Shown here: positions 37,872-47,095 of the stretch, piece after piece | Position numbering within the stretch: position 1 is the stretch's first letter | Layout of the letters: every line of letters starts with the position of its first letter | Assembly: GCA_028715965.1 (NCBI GenBank) | Contig: JAQUQS010000003.1 | Location: 14,494 to 78,493, forward strand | Reading direction: 5' to 3' | Length of the DNA stretch: 64,000 nucleotides | Origin: Candidatus Omnitrophota bacterium | Lineage (GTDB): Bacteria; Omnitrophota; Gorgyraeia; Tantalellales; Tantalellaceae | Position numbers and translations under genes: made by a program | Notes under the pieces: model-generated | The model's database searches: none | What the model was told of the DNA's origin: nothing | Seen by the model: the letters and a program-made list of their open reading frames with translations, nothing else

Positions 37872-37900
37872 ATAGTATAATATATTATCTTCTTTGTCAA
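37872..37900 (-). promoter_or_regulatory. sigma70-type promoter (-35 TTGACA, 17-nt spacer, -10 TACTAT) positioned for a leaderless or near-leaderless gltA mRNA
   Basis: -35 box at 37895-37900 and -10 box at 37872-37877. Only 9 nt separate the -10 box from the gltA ATG at 37860-37862. Confidence 0.55.
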
Positions 37901-37953
37901 AAAATATCTTTATCCGGCAAAAACCCGCCTGGACAGCGAAAAAAGGGCCCTTT

Positions 37954-38901
37954 TCAAGCTATTTTTTCCCCTGTTCCGCCTATAATATGCACATCCCTTT
38001 GCGGGAAAGGTATAGTGATACCGTTATTCGCGAACGCGTCAAACACCTTTCTGTTCACGTCGAACATGACATCCCAGTAGACCCCCGGTTTGCACCATAG
38101 ACGGCAATATATATTGACGCTTGAATCCGCGAATTCGGAGATACCGACTTTAGGCTCAGGCTGGGCCGCTATGCGATCGTCTCCCCTTACCACTTCCTTG
38201 ATGATATTGATAGCCTTGCCCATATCGGTATCATAGCTTACGCCGATGGTAAGGTCCAGTTTCTTGAATTCCGTAAAGTTATGTATCACCTCGCCGATTA
38301 TGTTCTTGTTGGGTATATAGATGGTGGTGCCGTCAATGGTCCTTAGTTCGGTCCTGGCAAGCGTCATGTCCATCACCGTACCCGCCACCGAGCTTACTTC
38401 CACTATGTCTCCCACCTTGAACGGTTTGGTGAATATGAGCGTAATACCTGCCGCGTAGTTGGAAAGCGGGCCCTGTACGGCGAAACTCGCGCCGAAACCT
38501 ATGACACTGAGGCCCGCTATGAACGGGGCTATCGTTATGCCGAAACTCCCCAGGGCTATCAGGAAAGCGAACGCGATAACGAGCATCTTCACTATGCTGA
38601 CGAGGAATTTGGATATGGTCACGTCCACATTGTGACTTTTCAGGAACTCACCGAAAAGCCTGCTGATTATCCTGGCGGCCAGGAACCCCAACAATATGAC
38701 TATGATGCCGCCCAGCACCTGGAAACTGTATTTGACGCAGAATTCTATCAGCGTATCCATCAGTTTCTTCGCGGTATCTATCTTGTCCTGTAACGCGGTC
38801 CCGGCACTGGCTACGGCGTCCTGGGCGTTCGCCATTACGGACGGCATTAAGAGACACGCCATCGCCGCTATAATTTTTGAGATACTTGACCGGCTCCTCA
38901 T
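37954..38901 (-). CDS. mechanosensitive ion channel (MscS family)
   Basis: Signal/TM N-terminus, 3 TM helices, and the MscS pore-helix region GDIVEVSSVAGTV... with a beta-domain. Confidence 0.8.
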   Translation of the reverse strand: MRSRSSISKIIAAMACLLMPSVMANAQDAVASAGTALQDKIDTAKKLMDTLIEFCVKYSFQVLGGIIVILLGFLAARIISRLFGEFLKSHNVDVTISKFLVSIVKMLVIAFAFLIALGSFGITIAPFIAGLSVIGFGASFAVQGPLSNYAAGITLIFTKPFKVGDIVEVSSVAGTVMDMTLARTELRTIDGTTIYIPNKNIIGEVIHNFTEFKKLDLTIGVSYDTDMGKAINIIKEVVRGDDRIAAQPEPKVGISEFADSSVNIYCRLWCKPGVYWDVMFDVNRKVFDAFANNGITIPFPQRDVHIIGGTGEKIA

Positions 38902-38943
38902 GATAACCTCCCTTTTCCTTTATTCCGCGAGAATATTATTCAC

Positions 38944-39156
38944 TCAATCCTTGATGCCCGCCTTCTTAAGTATCGCCATCATGGGGCACCAGCCAGTGAA
39001 AGCTGACTGCAAGAGGTTCAGTCCCACAAAGGCGGTGAACCACAGCCATCTGGCATCGACATAATACGCCAGCACCAGGCTTAGTAATATAAAGAACCCG
39101 GCTATCCCCCTTAACATGCTTCCCATCGTCATAAATACCTCCTCCCGGCGTCTCAA
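38944..39156 (-). CDS. DUF2892 (YgaP-like) small membrane protein
   Basis: Two TM helices and the TGWCP signature. 4-nt overlap with the upstream OM-barrel gene. Confidence 0.6.
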   Translation of the reverse strand: MRRREEVFMTMGSMLRGIAGFFILLSLVLAYYVDARWLWFTAFVGLNLLQSAFTGWCPMMAILKKAGIKD

Positions 39157-40445
39157 AAACTGTATCTTAGCCGTACATATACGTTCTTGTTCTTTTGATC
39201 GCTCCCAAAATCCGTCCAGGGATCCTTACCCCACGGCAGGTTAGCGCCTATGGTAAGAGTCCACGAATCCGTGGCGTTCCACGTGATCGACGGCCTGGTA
39301 TAAACGTCCAGGTCCGACGGTGAAAAGAACGTGAAAAGCGAAAGCTTCACGGTCTGGTTAGCCAGTAATTTCGTTATTCGCCCGGTAATGGTATGCCTGA
39401 ACTCATCCCACCTGTAATCGTTCGGTAGAAGCGCTTTTCTGTATTCGTCATAATCCAGCGTTTCCTCCAGATAATACTGTGCCGATATCCTGAGGTCACC
39501 CCCCATATCTTTCTCATACCCCACGAGGTATTTCACCATGGAGTTCTGCACGGTCCGGATCTTACCCGCGTTATCCTGCGGGGAATAATAATATGATACT
39601 TCAGCGTTACCTATCCCGCCCATGACAGGCCCCCTCACACTGGCGCCATACGCGTCAAGACGCTCGTAAAAAAGCTCCATGGCCGCCTCATCCTTATAGC
39701 TCCTGGGGCTGGGGTCGAACCCCCGGTAATAGTAAAGCGCGGCCTCGTAGCTCGAGAAATTCCTGTATATACGGCCGGCGTATATGAAATTCCTGAACTG
39801 CCTGGCCGGTTCGTCCAGCGTCCTGTGGGAATTACGTCCCGCGATACCCCCCTGAAAGCTGTCGAAGAAACTTACCCTCTGGCCGTCAGGCAGTATATTC
39901 GGCCGGAAAAAAGGTATGATCGCGACATCCACATTGAACCATTCCGGATAGAGCATTACACGAAGCGCGTCTGACGGCGCCTTGAGATACTCGTCGTCCC
40001 TGCCGATGAAAAAAGACTCGTAATCCTTCGGGAAAAGATCGTTCAGGAAAAGATAATCCCCGGTACCCCAGGTAAGCACCTGGCGCCCTATTTTCAGGTC
40101 CATGATATCCATAGGCGTCATCACCGCGTTAAGTTCACGAAGATCGGTGACCACCTTACCTCCATAATACATATCCAGGACAAGATCCGCCTTCGCGGTG
40201 AGCACCGTCTGCCAGTCGGCAAGGATATTGTCCCCTTTTACATAATATTTCGTCTTGAGCTGGAGCCTGCCTTCGGCCATATTGAACTGCCGATGGGCTG
40301 TATTATCCTCCCCGAACCTGGGCGCGAAAGCCTCCTCAAGGAACCCGTGCAGTTCCGGGATATCCACGGCGTTCGCCACGCCCACAGAGAGCGCGGATAG
40401 CAATATGGCCAGGGCCATATTCTTCATTCCGGCGTTATTCCCCAA
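39153..40445 (-). CDS. putative outer-membrane beta-barrel protein (DUF1302-like)
   Basis: Signal peptide, amphipathic strand pattern, and C-terminal ...RLRYSF. Confidence 0.5.
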   Translation of the reverse strand: MGNNAGMKNMALAILLSALSVGVANAVDIPELHGFLEEAFAPRFGEDNTAHRQFNMAEGRLQLKTKYYVKGDNILADWQTVLTAKADLVLDMYYGGKVVTDLRELNAVMTPMDIMDLKIGRQVLTWGTGDYLFLNDLFPKDYESFFIGRDDEYLKAPSDALRVMLYPEWFNVDVAIIPFFRPNILPDGQRVSFFDSFQGGIAGRNSHRTLDEPARQFRNFIYAGRIYRNFSSYEAALYYYRGFDPSPRSYKDEAAMELFYERLDAYGASVRGPVMGGIGNAEVSYYYSPQDNAGKIRTVQNSMVKYLVGYEKDMGGDLRISAQYYLEETLDYDEYRKALLPNDYRWDEFRHTITGRITKLLANQTVKLSLFTFFSPSDLDVYTRPSITWNATDSWTLTIGANLPWGKDPWTDFGSDQKNKNVYVRLRYSF

Positions 40446-40455
40446 TTCCCCTCCT

Positions 40456-41247
40456 TTACTGCTTATCTATGTATTGTCTGGGCGGTCTTCTCAGGAACCT
40501 TTCCGAAAATATATTCTCATCTGTTCCCAGGTCATACTTCACGTCCGAGAATTCCGACACGGTATTTGACCCCGCGTTAAAGTCGGTCGCCTTCATCTTG
40601 ACCACGGTGGGGAACCCTCCCACATCCTTTACCTCAAGGGCCTCGATCGTCTTGTAAAGTGTCCCGTTCTTGTCATAATACTCCGCCTTACGCGGAATGA
40701 AGTCGTTCATGTCCACCCAGGTGATAAAGTATGAGAACTCGACAGAGCCCGGGTCCTTAGGCACGCTTTTTATCTTGTACATCCCGTTCTCCTCGCCGAG
40801 AAGCGTATGCCCGTCCTCCTCCGTACCTCTTCCCGATATATCCTCGTAAGCGAAATTCGTGCCTACAAAGCTCGACCTTTTGTCGCTCGCGGCCACCCTT
40901 CTCACCAGGTCAAGCGCCGGGAGATACAGCCACCTGTCGTCATCGGTCCCCACGTTCTTCCAGACAAGGTATGTCATCCCACGCACGTCATCAGGCTGGT
41001 GAAAATAAACATAATACTTCTGTTTCCCGTCCACGCCCGTATCCTTGCGAAGTATGGTCATGCCCCTTTCCCTTGTCCGTCCCAGGGAATCCGTAACCGT
41101 CATCTTTACGTCCGCACGGCCGTCGCCCGCCTGGTAATACATCGCCTCATTAGCCTTAGCGACTATGTCGTCCACTTCCGCGGCCCTTACATGCCCTGCC
41201 GACAGGACAAGCGCCACTACCACGCATATCGACATGATGTTCTTCAT
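40456..41247 (-). CDS. outer membrane lipoprotein-sorting (LolA-like, DUF1329-type) protein
   Basis: Signal peptide and the family pattern WVDMNDFIPRKAEYYDKNG. Such proteins are typically adjacent to MMPL exporters. Confidence 0.6.
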   Translation of the reverse strand: MKNIMSICVVVALVLSAGHVRAAEVDDIVAKANEAMYYQAGDGRADVKMTVTDSLGRTRERGMTILRKDTGVDGKQKYYVYFHQPDDVRGMTYLVWKNVGTDDDRWLYLPALDLVRRVAASDKRSSFVGTNFAYEDISGRGTEEDGHTLLGEENGMYKIKSVPKDPGSVEFSYFITWVDMNDFIPRKAEYYDKNGTLYKTIEALEVKDVGGFPTVVKMKATDFNAGSNTVSEFSDVKYDLGTDENIFSERFLRRPPRQYIDKQ

Positions 41248-41269
41248 TTTACACCTCCGGATAATAGTA

Positions 41270-43786
41270 TTATCGCGCAGGATCTTTTATACATATCCTG
41301 CCACGCGAGACAATATTACAGATGCCGGATATCACGGCAACAACCACCACCGAAACGGCCGTTACGGCACTCCACGTTATCCCCAGATATCCAGCCAACA
41401 CATACGCGACCGCGCCCGCCACGAACGCGCCCGTAAGTACGCAATATGAGCATTTACATGTGAACGGTCCCGCGACCTCTTCGAATATCACTTTCGGCAT
41501 AGCCGTTATTATGGCCGGCAGTATAAGCAGGGTCCCCACGCTTGATGTAACCATAATAAGGAACATGAACATTCCGACCGTCTTATATGGTACGAGCGGA
41601 GCCGCCAATAGCGGCAGGAACCCTATTGAGATGATAAGCGCGTTCCTCAATATGGCCCGTCCCGGTTCAGCGAACATTTCTTTCGCGGTATCCGGCCAGT
41701 TCCCTGCACGCGCGTATATCTCCCTCGCCCTTTGCAGGAAATGTATAGCGAAATCCACGGACAGTCCGAGCGTAAGCGCCGACAGCACCGCGACGGGCAT
41801 ATCGTAATTCTTACCCGTATACCCCAGCAAGCTGTAGATGAACACAATGGTCACCGTAAGCGGTATCATGGAGATAAGGCCTCTTATGGGCGACCTGAAA
41901 AGGAATATCATCATGAAAAGAACTATTATGAAGCTTCCCAGGAAATTCATGAGCATACCGCCTACCATCCGGTCCTGCCATACAACGTTAATGTAGGTAA
42001 GCCCCGCCCAGTTCACTTTTACCGGTTCCGGCGGACGGTTCTCCCGCATAAATTCCTTTACCTCATTGACCACCCGGGTCATATCCCGGTTATCGCCGGA
42101 CGTCAGTTGTACCCATATGTTCACCCTGGAATAATCCGGGGTGACGAAATGCCATAGATCATCGGGCTTGTGCGAATTCTGGAAAGAGATGAGCGTCTGG
42201 GCGACAGCCTGACGCGTGGACGGGATAACATTGTTCGCCTTATCCCCGCCCAAGAGTTCATAATATATCTTTTTGGTAAGATCAGCGAGCGAAGTGGATT
42301 TTCCCACGTTCCCTTTCCGCAAAAGATATGCCTGCAATCTTTCGACGTATCTAAGCATCTCCGGGTCCTTGAAGAGCTCCTTTTCAGGCCCATCCGACGT
42401 CATGACAAGATATGCCGTATAAGTCCCCCCGAAATGCTCGTTAAGCACCTTGTCGGCTATCCGTATCTCGTGTTTAGGGGAGAACCATTTCACCGGATTG
42501 TCATTTATTACTATGCGCGTTATCCCGTACAGGGAAACGATGACTATTGCCAGCGTGCCTATAAGTACGGCTTTCCACCGGTTGACGGAGAACCTGCCGA
42601 TGGCGCTAAGTAACGCGTTCATTATTCCTGACTCGGCGTGTTCTTCGCTTACGCCGAAATTCTTGAAACTTTCGGGCCGCATGAGCGATATGGCCGCCGG
42701 TATGAACGTCATTGTCAGTATCCACGCCAGCATTACTCCTATGGCCACGAAAACACCGAAGACCTGTACCGGGGGGATAGGCGCGAAAGCCAGCGACAGA
42801 AAGCCGGCCGTGGTAGTGAGCGAAGTAAAGAGCATCGGCATAAAAAGATCATCCATGGTCCATAGTATCGCCTCTTTCCTGTCGCTACTTTTCTTATATT
42901 TTTCATAGAACTCGCTCAGTATGTGCACTGAGTCAAGCACCGCTATCGGCATAAGGAATATGGGTATCATCGAGCTCATGATATGTACCGTGAACCCCAT
43001 ACCGATAAGGAGCCCCATGGTGACTATGACGGTTATACCGGCCAGGATGATCGGGGCCAGGACCAGGTTTATCTTCCTGAAGAACAGCATCATCAGTATG
43101 AAGATTATGAGCATGGCCGCGGGCGCGGATACCGCCATCTGCACGAACATCTCGAACCCGAACGTATCATTGGCCACCGGGAGCCCGGTTATATAATACT
43201 TCTCCTCGCCCTTATATCCGTCCGTTATGGACCTTATCTCGCGGGATATGCGATAGCTCATATTCTTGGCTTTTATCGGGATGTAAAGGCACAACGCCTT
43301 TCCGTTCTCGGATATTATCGTCCCGTAAAAAAGCGGGTTCTCCATCGCCCTTTCCCGTATTTCATCGGATCTCTCCACGGTATACGGCGGTGGCCCCATC
43401 AGCCATTGGAACCTCACGGTCCCTACGCCGTCCTGCATTATGTCGTCTTTCGTCGTAGGGCTTATCAGTTCATACGCTATTACCCCGTTCATTTTTTGCA
43501 CGGCGCCGGCTATGTTATAGACCTTTTCCAGCGTACCGGGGTTGAACACCCCGGCCGGGTCCTTGTCGTTCACTATCCCCAGGACTATAAAATCGTATAA
43601 TCCGAACTCTTTTTTTACGTTGTTATGGAACACCCTGACAGCTTCATTATCCGGCAACATGTTCTCCGGATCGGTATCCACCTTTATCTTCGGATACTGC
43701 GCGAGGCTGGCGACTATCATGACCGCTACTATACCCATGATAAGACGCGGTCTTTTTACCGAGAACTCTATAAGTTTTTTGAACAT
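41270..43786 (-). CDS. MMPL/RND-superfamily exporter (HpnN-like)
   Basis: 838 aa with two 6-TM bundles and two large periplasmic loops. GGGGGA RBS. Confidence 0.8.
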   Translation of the reverse strand: MFKKLIEFSVKRPRLIMGIVAVMIVASLAQYPKIKVDTDPENMLPDNEAVRVFHNNVKKEFGLYDFIVLGIVNDKDPAGVFNPGTLEKVYNIAGAVQKMNGVIAYELISPTTKDDIMQDGVGTVRFQWLMGPPPYTVERSDEIRERAMENPLFYGTIISENGKALCLYIPIKAKNMSYRISREIRSITDGYKGEEKYYITGLPVANDTFGFEMFVQMAVSAPAAMLIIFILMMLFFRKINLVLAPIILAGITVIVTMGLLIGMGFTVHIMSSMIPIFLMPIAVLDSVHILSEFYEKYKKSSDRKEAILWTMDDLFMPMLFTSLTTTAGFLSLAFAPIPPVQVFGVFVAIGVMLAWILTMTFIPAAISLMRPESFKNFGVSEEHAESGIMNALLSAIGRFSVNRWKAVLIGTLAIVIVSLYGITRIVINDNPVKWFSPKHEIRIADKVLNEHFGGTYTAYLVMTSDGPEKELFKDPEMLRYVERLQAYLLRKGNVGKSTSLADLTKKIYYELLGGDKANNVIPSTRQAVAQTLISFQNSHKPDDLWHFVTPDYSRVNIWVQLTSGDNRDMTRVVNEVKEFMRENRPPEPVKVNWAGLTYINVVWQDRMVGGMLMNFLGSFIIVLFMMIFLFRSPIRGLISMIPLTVTIVFIYSLLGYTGKNYDMPVAVLSALTLGLSVDFAIHFLQRAREIYARAGNWPDTAKEMFAEPGRAILRNALIISIGFLPLLAAPLVPYKTVGMFMFLIMVTSSVGTLLILPAIITAMPKVIFEEVAGPFTCKCSYCVLTGAFVAGAVAYVLAGYLGITWSAVTAVSVVVVAVISGICNIVSRGRICIKDPAR

Positions 43787-43843
43787 ATTCCCCCACTTTT
43801 CACGCGCGCGTTAAATCCATGCCGTCCCCTATCACACCCTGTC

Positions 43844-44113
43844 CTACCTGGAGTCAAGGACCTTGACCAGCGCGGCTACCCTTTTATCAATGACCCTGTA
43901 GCATGTCCTGACGCCATCCTTTTTTGCGGCGATTATACCGCGGCTTTTCAGTATGGCTAGGTGCTGTGATACCGTGGATTGTGGCAGGCCCAGTTCACCC
44001 ACTATACTGTTGACGTTGCATTCATGGGCCAAGAGCCCCCTTATCATCCTCAGCCTTACAGGATGGGCCATGGCCTTCAGTATGTCACTATCCTTCTCGT
44101 TGTCTATACCCAT
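43844..44113 (-). CDS. ArsR/SmtB family transcriptional regulator
   Basis: 89 aa winged HTH (AHPVRLRMIRGLL... LPQSTVSQHLAILK). AAGGAG sits 6 nt before the ATG. Confidence 0.85.
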   Translation of the reverse strand: MGIDNEKDSDILKAMAHPVRLRMIRGLLAHECNVNSIVGELGLPQSTVSQHLAILKSRGIIAAKKDGVRTCYRVIDKRVAALVKVLDSR

Positions 44114-44125
44114 TACGCGCTCCTT

Positions 44126-44170
44126 CTATCGCTTTATCGTAATATTATGATAAAGCGATAGATTTGTCAA
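44126..44170 (-). promoter_or_regulatory. ArsR autoregulatory promoter-operator: 36-bp near-perfect palindrome overlapping -10 TAATAT and spacer; -35 TTGACA
   Basis: CTATCGCTTTATCgTAATATTAtGATAAAGCGATAG at 44126-44161, with 13-bp perfect arms around a palindromic TAATATTA core. -35 box at 44165-44170, -10 box at 44142-44147, 17-nt spacer. Confidence 0.65.
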
Positions 44171-44173
44171 GCT

Positions 44174-45688
44174 TTATTTTTGCGGGTCCACGACTATGGC
44201 CCTTTGGGGACGTACGGGACATTTGTTCTGGCATATACCGCAACCGATACAAAGGTCTTCATCCACTACCGGTCTGCCAAGAACAACACCGTTCACTATC
44301 ACATTGTCGATCTTTATGGCCTTATGCGATACGGGGCAATGTTCTTCGCATACAAGACACTCCATACCGGCGGACCAGGCGATACATTTTGCCCTGTCCA
44401 CACGGGCAAGCCCCAGTTTAGCGCGCTTCTTCTCTTCCAACCCCAGGCGCGGGATAGCCCCGGTTGGACATACCCTGCCGCACAGATCACAATTATACTC
44501 GCAATACCCTATCTCGTTTACAAGATGAGGCGTCCATAGCCCTCCGGGCCCCGATTCCAGGAATGCCGGTTGGAGAACTTTTGTCGGACATATTTTCATA
44601 CAATTCGCGCACCTCACGCATTTATCCACAAAAGCCTTTTCATCCTGTGAACCCGGCGGACGTATGAGTTTCCGGGGGACTTTGAACGCCCATTTGAGCC
44701 CGGAGGCCAATATGGAGCCTATCATCAAAAGAATGAAGTCCGCCCGGGAAATAGCTCCTTTACCCCCCTGCCGTACTAAGGTTTTATGTCCGCCTTGCCC
44801 GCGTGCCGGCAGAAACCTGAAACGGATCCGTCCGGGAGCGCAGGTATACACACAATCCATGCAAAGTATACATTCCCCCTTAACATAGTCGAGGTCATCT
44901 TTTATCGCGCCCATACGGCAGTCCCGGGAACACATACCGCATTGGGTACATCTCTCGACCGTCCTGGCCAGCAACGCGTATCTGGCCAAAAGGGCATAGA
45001 TAGCGCCAAGGGGGCATATGGCCCTGCACCATGAACGCGGCACCCAGGCCGCGAATGCCATAATAAGCGCGAACATGGCCAGTATGGGCGCGGAATTCGC
45101 GAAAACATACGTCTCTACCCCGAGGAAAGACCCCTTGAGGGCCCGGTAGAAAGAATACAGCCACTCCGGCCTGAACCCAAGGTCACGCATGGTGAAGATG
45201 AACGTCTTTTCCACAACGCCGGTAACAGCAGGGATAAGGTTGATCGATATGAACCTTCCCATCATGGCTATGGGATCGAGCACCCACGCGTACTGGTGTC
45301 CCAACACCGCCGCGGCTATGCTCACCGCGAGGAGCACGTACTTTATGTTCCTTATACGGGCGTTCACCCCGTCCGAAAGCGCTTTCTTTTTCCGCCTTAA
45401 GCTACCGGCCGCGTCTATTACGGTACCGAACGGACATACCCAGCCGCAGAAAAAACGTCCGAATATCAAGGTCAGTACAGGTATTATAAAAGCCAGCACC
45501 AGTCCCGCCACGATGGTCCTTTCGCTCAAAGCCACCGCCAGCATGATATTCGGATCGGTCTTGAAGAACATATCCGCGTTAAAGGCGCCTTTTAGAGGAT
45601 AAGTTGTGGTCCACAGTATATATAGGAAAAGCAGCAGGAAGAACACCTGTGAGGATCTTCGGAATATTACGCTTTTTTTTACTTTCAT
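44174..45688 (-). CDS. membrane-bound polyferredoxin (NapH/MauN-like, 4Fe-4S)
   Basis: 504 aa with N-terminal TM helices and the CGWVCPFG motif. Several CxxCxxCxxxCP ferredoxin motifs follow. Confidence 0.75.
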   Translation of the reverse strand: MKVKKSVIFRRSSQVFFLLLFLYILWTTTYPLKGAFNADMFFKTDPNIMLAVALSERTIVAGLVLAFIIPVLTLIFGRFFCGWVCPFGTVIDAAGSLRRKKKALSDGVNARIRNIKYVLLAVSIAAAVLGHQYAWVLDPIAMMGRFISINLIPAVTGVVEKTFIFTMRDLGFRPEWLYSFYRALKGSFLGVETYVFANSAPILAMFALIMAFAAWVPRSWCRAICPLGAIYALLARYALLARTVERCTQCGMCSRDCRMGAIKDDLDYVKGECILCMDCVYTCAPGRIRFRFLPARGQGGHKTLVRQGGKGAISRADFILLMIGSILASGLKWAFKVPRKLIRPPGSQDEKAFVDKCVRCANCMKICPTKVLQPAFLESGPGGLWTPHLVNEIGYCEYNCDLCGRVCPTGAIPRLGLEEKKRAKLGLARVDRAKCIAWSAGMECLVCEEHCPVSHKAIKIDNVIVNGVVLGRPVVDEDLCIGCGICQNKCPVRPQRAIVVDPQK

Positions 45689-46665
45689 GTGCTGAGTTCT
45701 ACGACTTTTGCCTTTGCCAGGTCTTTCTTTTCGGGCGACCTCGCCAAAGCCTCACTTATGTATGATATCTCCATCGGGGGTTTGCCAAAAAGCTTTGACG
45801 CGTACATATCGGCCAAAAGCGGGTCCGTGGCGACTATTACACTATCCATCTTTTCCACATCATTCACGTCCCCTCCGGACGGGCCATGCGCCCGGAGCAC
45901 CCTGGTCGCGTCTATGACCGTCAGGTCGGGTTTCAGGAAATCCGTGAGATCGGCCAGTTTACGCCCTATGTTGAAATGTATCATGCCCCTCGTGCCGCTG
46001 CATACCCCCATAAGGTTCTTCATGGACAGCGTAAGACCGGTAAGACCATGATGTTTAAGCACCGGGACGTTTATGAATACATCGCAATCTACCGCGTCCC
46101 GCAGCACGGGCCATCCTTCCATAGGGCTCTCATATGGGAAATGCGCTTTCACGACGTTCCAATGGTCGGGAAAATAGACATTAGCCCCCTTTTCCTTTAC
46201 GGCCGCCGCTATTCCGCTATGCTCATAACAGAGCTTCTCGTTATTGCATGTCACATCCAGGACGTTCACCTTTTTCGCGCCGGAAGCGTAACACATCTCG
46301 ACAAGCGCCGCCACTACGGCCGGATCGGTATTAGCCGCCTGTTCTGGGGTCCGGTCCCATGCCATGTTGGGCTTGACCAGCACGGTATCGCCTTTCCTCA
46401 CGAACTTTCCCATCCCGCCGATACCCTTGACCGCCTCTACAGTGTTCCTGTACGGATCGACGCCCTTGGCTACGATAATATCCGCATTACCTGTAATCCC
46501 CCGGGAAATGCGCCCATTAGAACCCTCACTTTTGGCGAAGGCATACTTGAGAAAAGCGTTCCCGGCCACGAAGGAGGTCAGGCCTCCCAAAAGTATTTTA
46601 AGAAATGTCTTCCGGGACACCTGCCCCTTTAAAAAGCACTCCAGCCTGTAAAAGAACCTATCCAC
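45685..46665 (-). CDS. DUF362 domain protein with Tat-like signal
   Basis: N-terminus SRKTFLKILLGG resembles a twin-arginine signal. The DUF362 core reads VLVKPNMAWDRTP. 4-nt overlap with the polyferredoxin gene. Confidence 0.6.
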   Translation of the reverse strand: MDRFFYRLECFLKGQVSRKTFLKILLGGLTSFVAGNAFLKYAFAKSEGSNGRISRGITGNADIIVAKGVDPYRNTVEAVKGIGGMGKFVRKGDTVLVKPNMAWDRTPEQAANTDPAVVAALVEMCYASGAKKVNVLDVTCNNEKLCYEHSGIAAAVKEKGANVYFPDHWNVVKAHFPYESPMEGWPVLRDAVDCDVFINVPVLKHHGLTGLTLSMKNLMGVCSGTRGMIHFNIGRKLADLTDFLKPDLTVIDATRVLRAHGPSGGDVNDVEKMDSVIVATDPLLADMYASKLFGKPPMEISYISEALARSPEKKDLAKAKVVELST

Positions 46666-46681
46666 CGTACTCCTCTCATCA

Positions 46682-47095
46682 TTAAGTCGCGGATACGGAT
46701 GTCCATGGCCAGACCACGCATTCCCTAATCTCAGGGAACACGACCATATCGGCTTCCCCCTTGAGCACCATGGTAATTATCTCTTTACCCGGCAGCAGGT
46801 CCTTAGCCGCCTTGAGCGTTTTCCCCGTCACGGACACATCGTCCACAAGAAGTATTTTCTTCATCCGTTCCGGGATATCCTCGAAGGGGCCGATAAGCGT
46901 CGGGGCTTCATAGACCGGAGTGTTCGTCGCGTCCCTGAAACTTATCCTGACATACCCGACCCGGCATCCCATCTTTTTCGCGATAAGGTCCGCCATCGTC
47001 CGGCCGCCTTCCAGTATACCGATGACCATATCCGGCCTTTCCACAGCCACCTTCGATATCCGCTCCGATATAACGTTCAAAGGGATACTTTTCAT
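46682..47095 (-). CDS. small type-I phosphoribosyltransferase domain protein
   Basis: 137 aa with the PRPP-binding motif ILLVDDVSVTGKTL. Confidence 0.65.
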   Translation of the reverse strand: MKSIPLNVISERISKVAVERPDMVIGILEGGRTMADLIAKKMGCRVGYVRISFRDATNTPVYEAPTLIGPFEDIPERMKKILLVDDVSVTGKTLKAAKDLLPGKEIITMVLKGEADMVVFPEIRECVVWPWTSVSAT

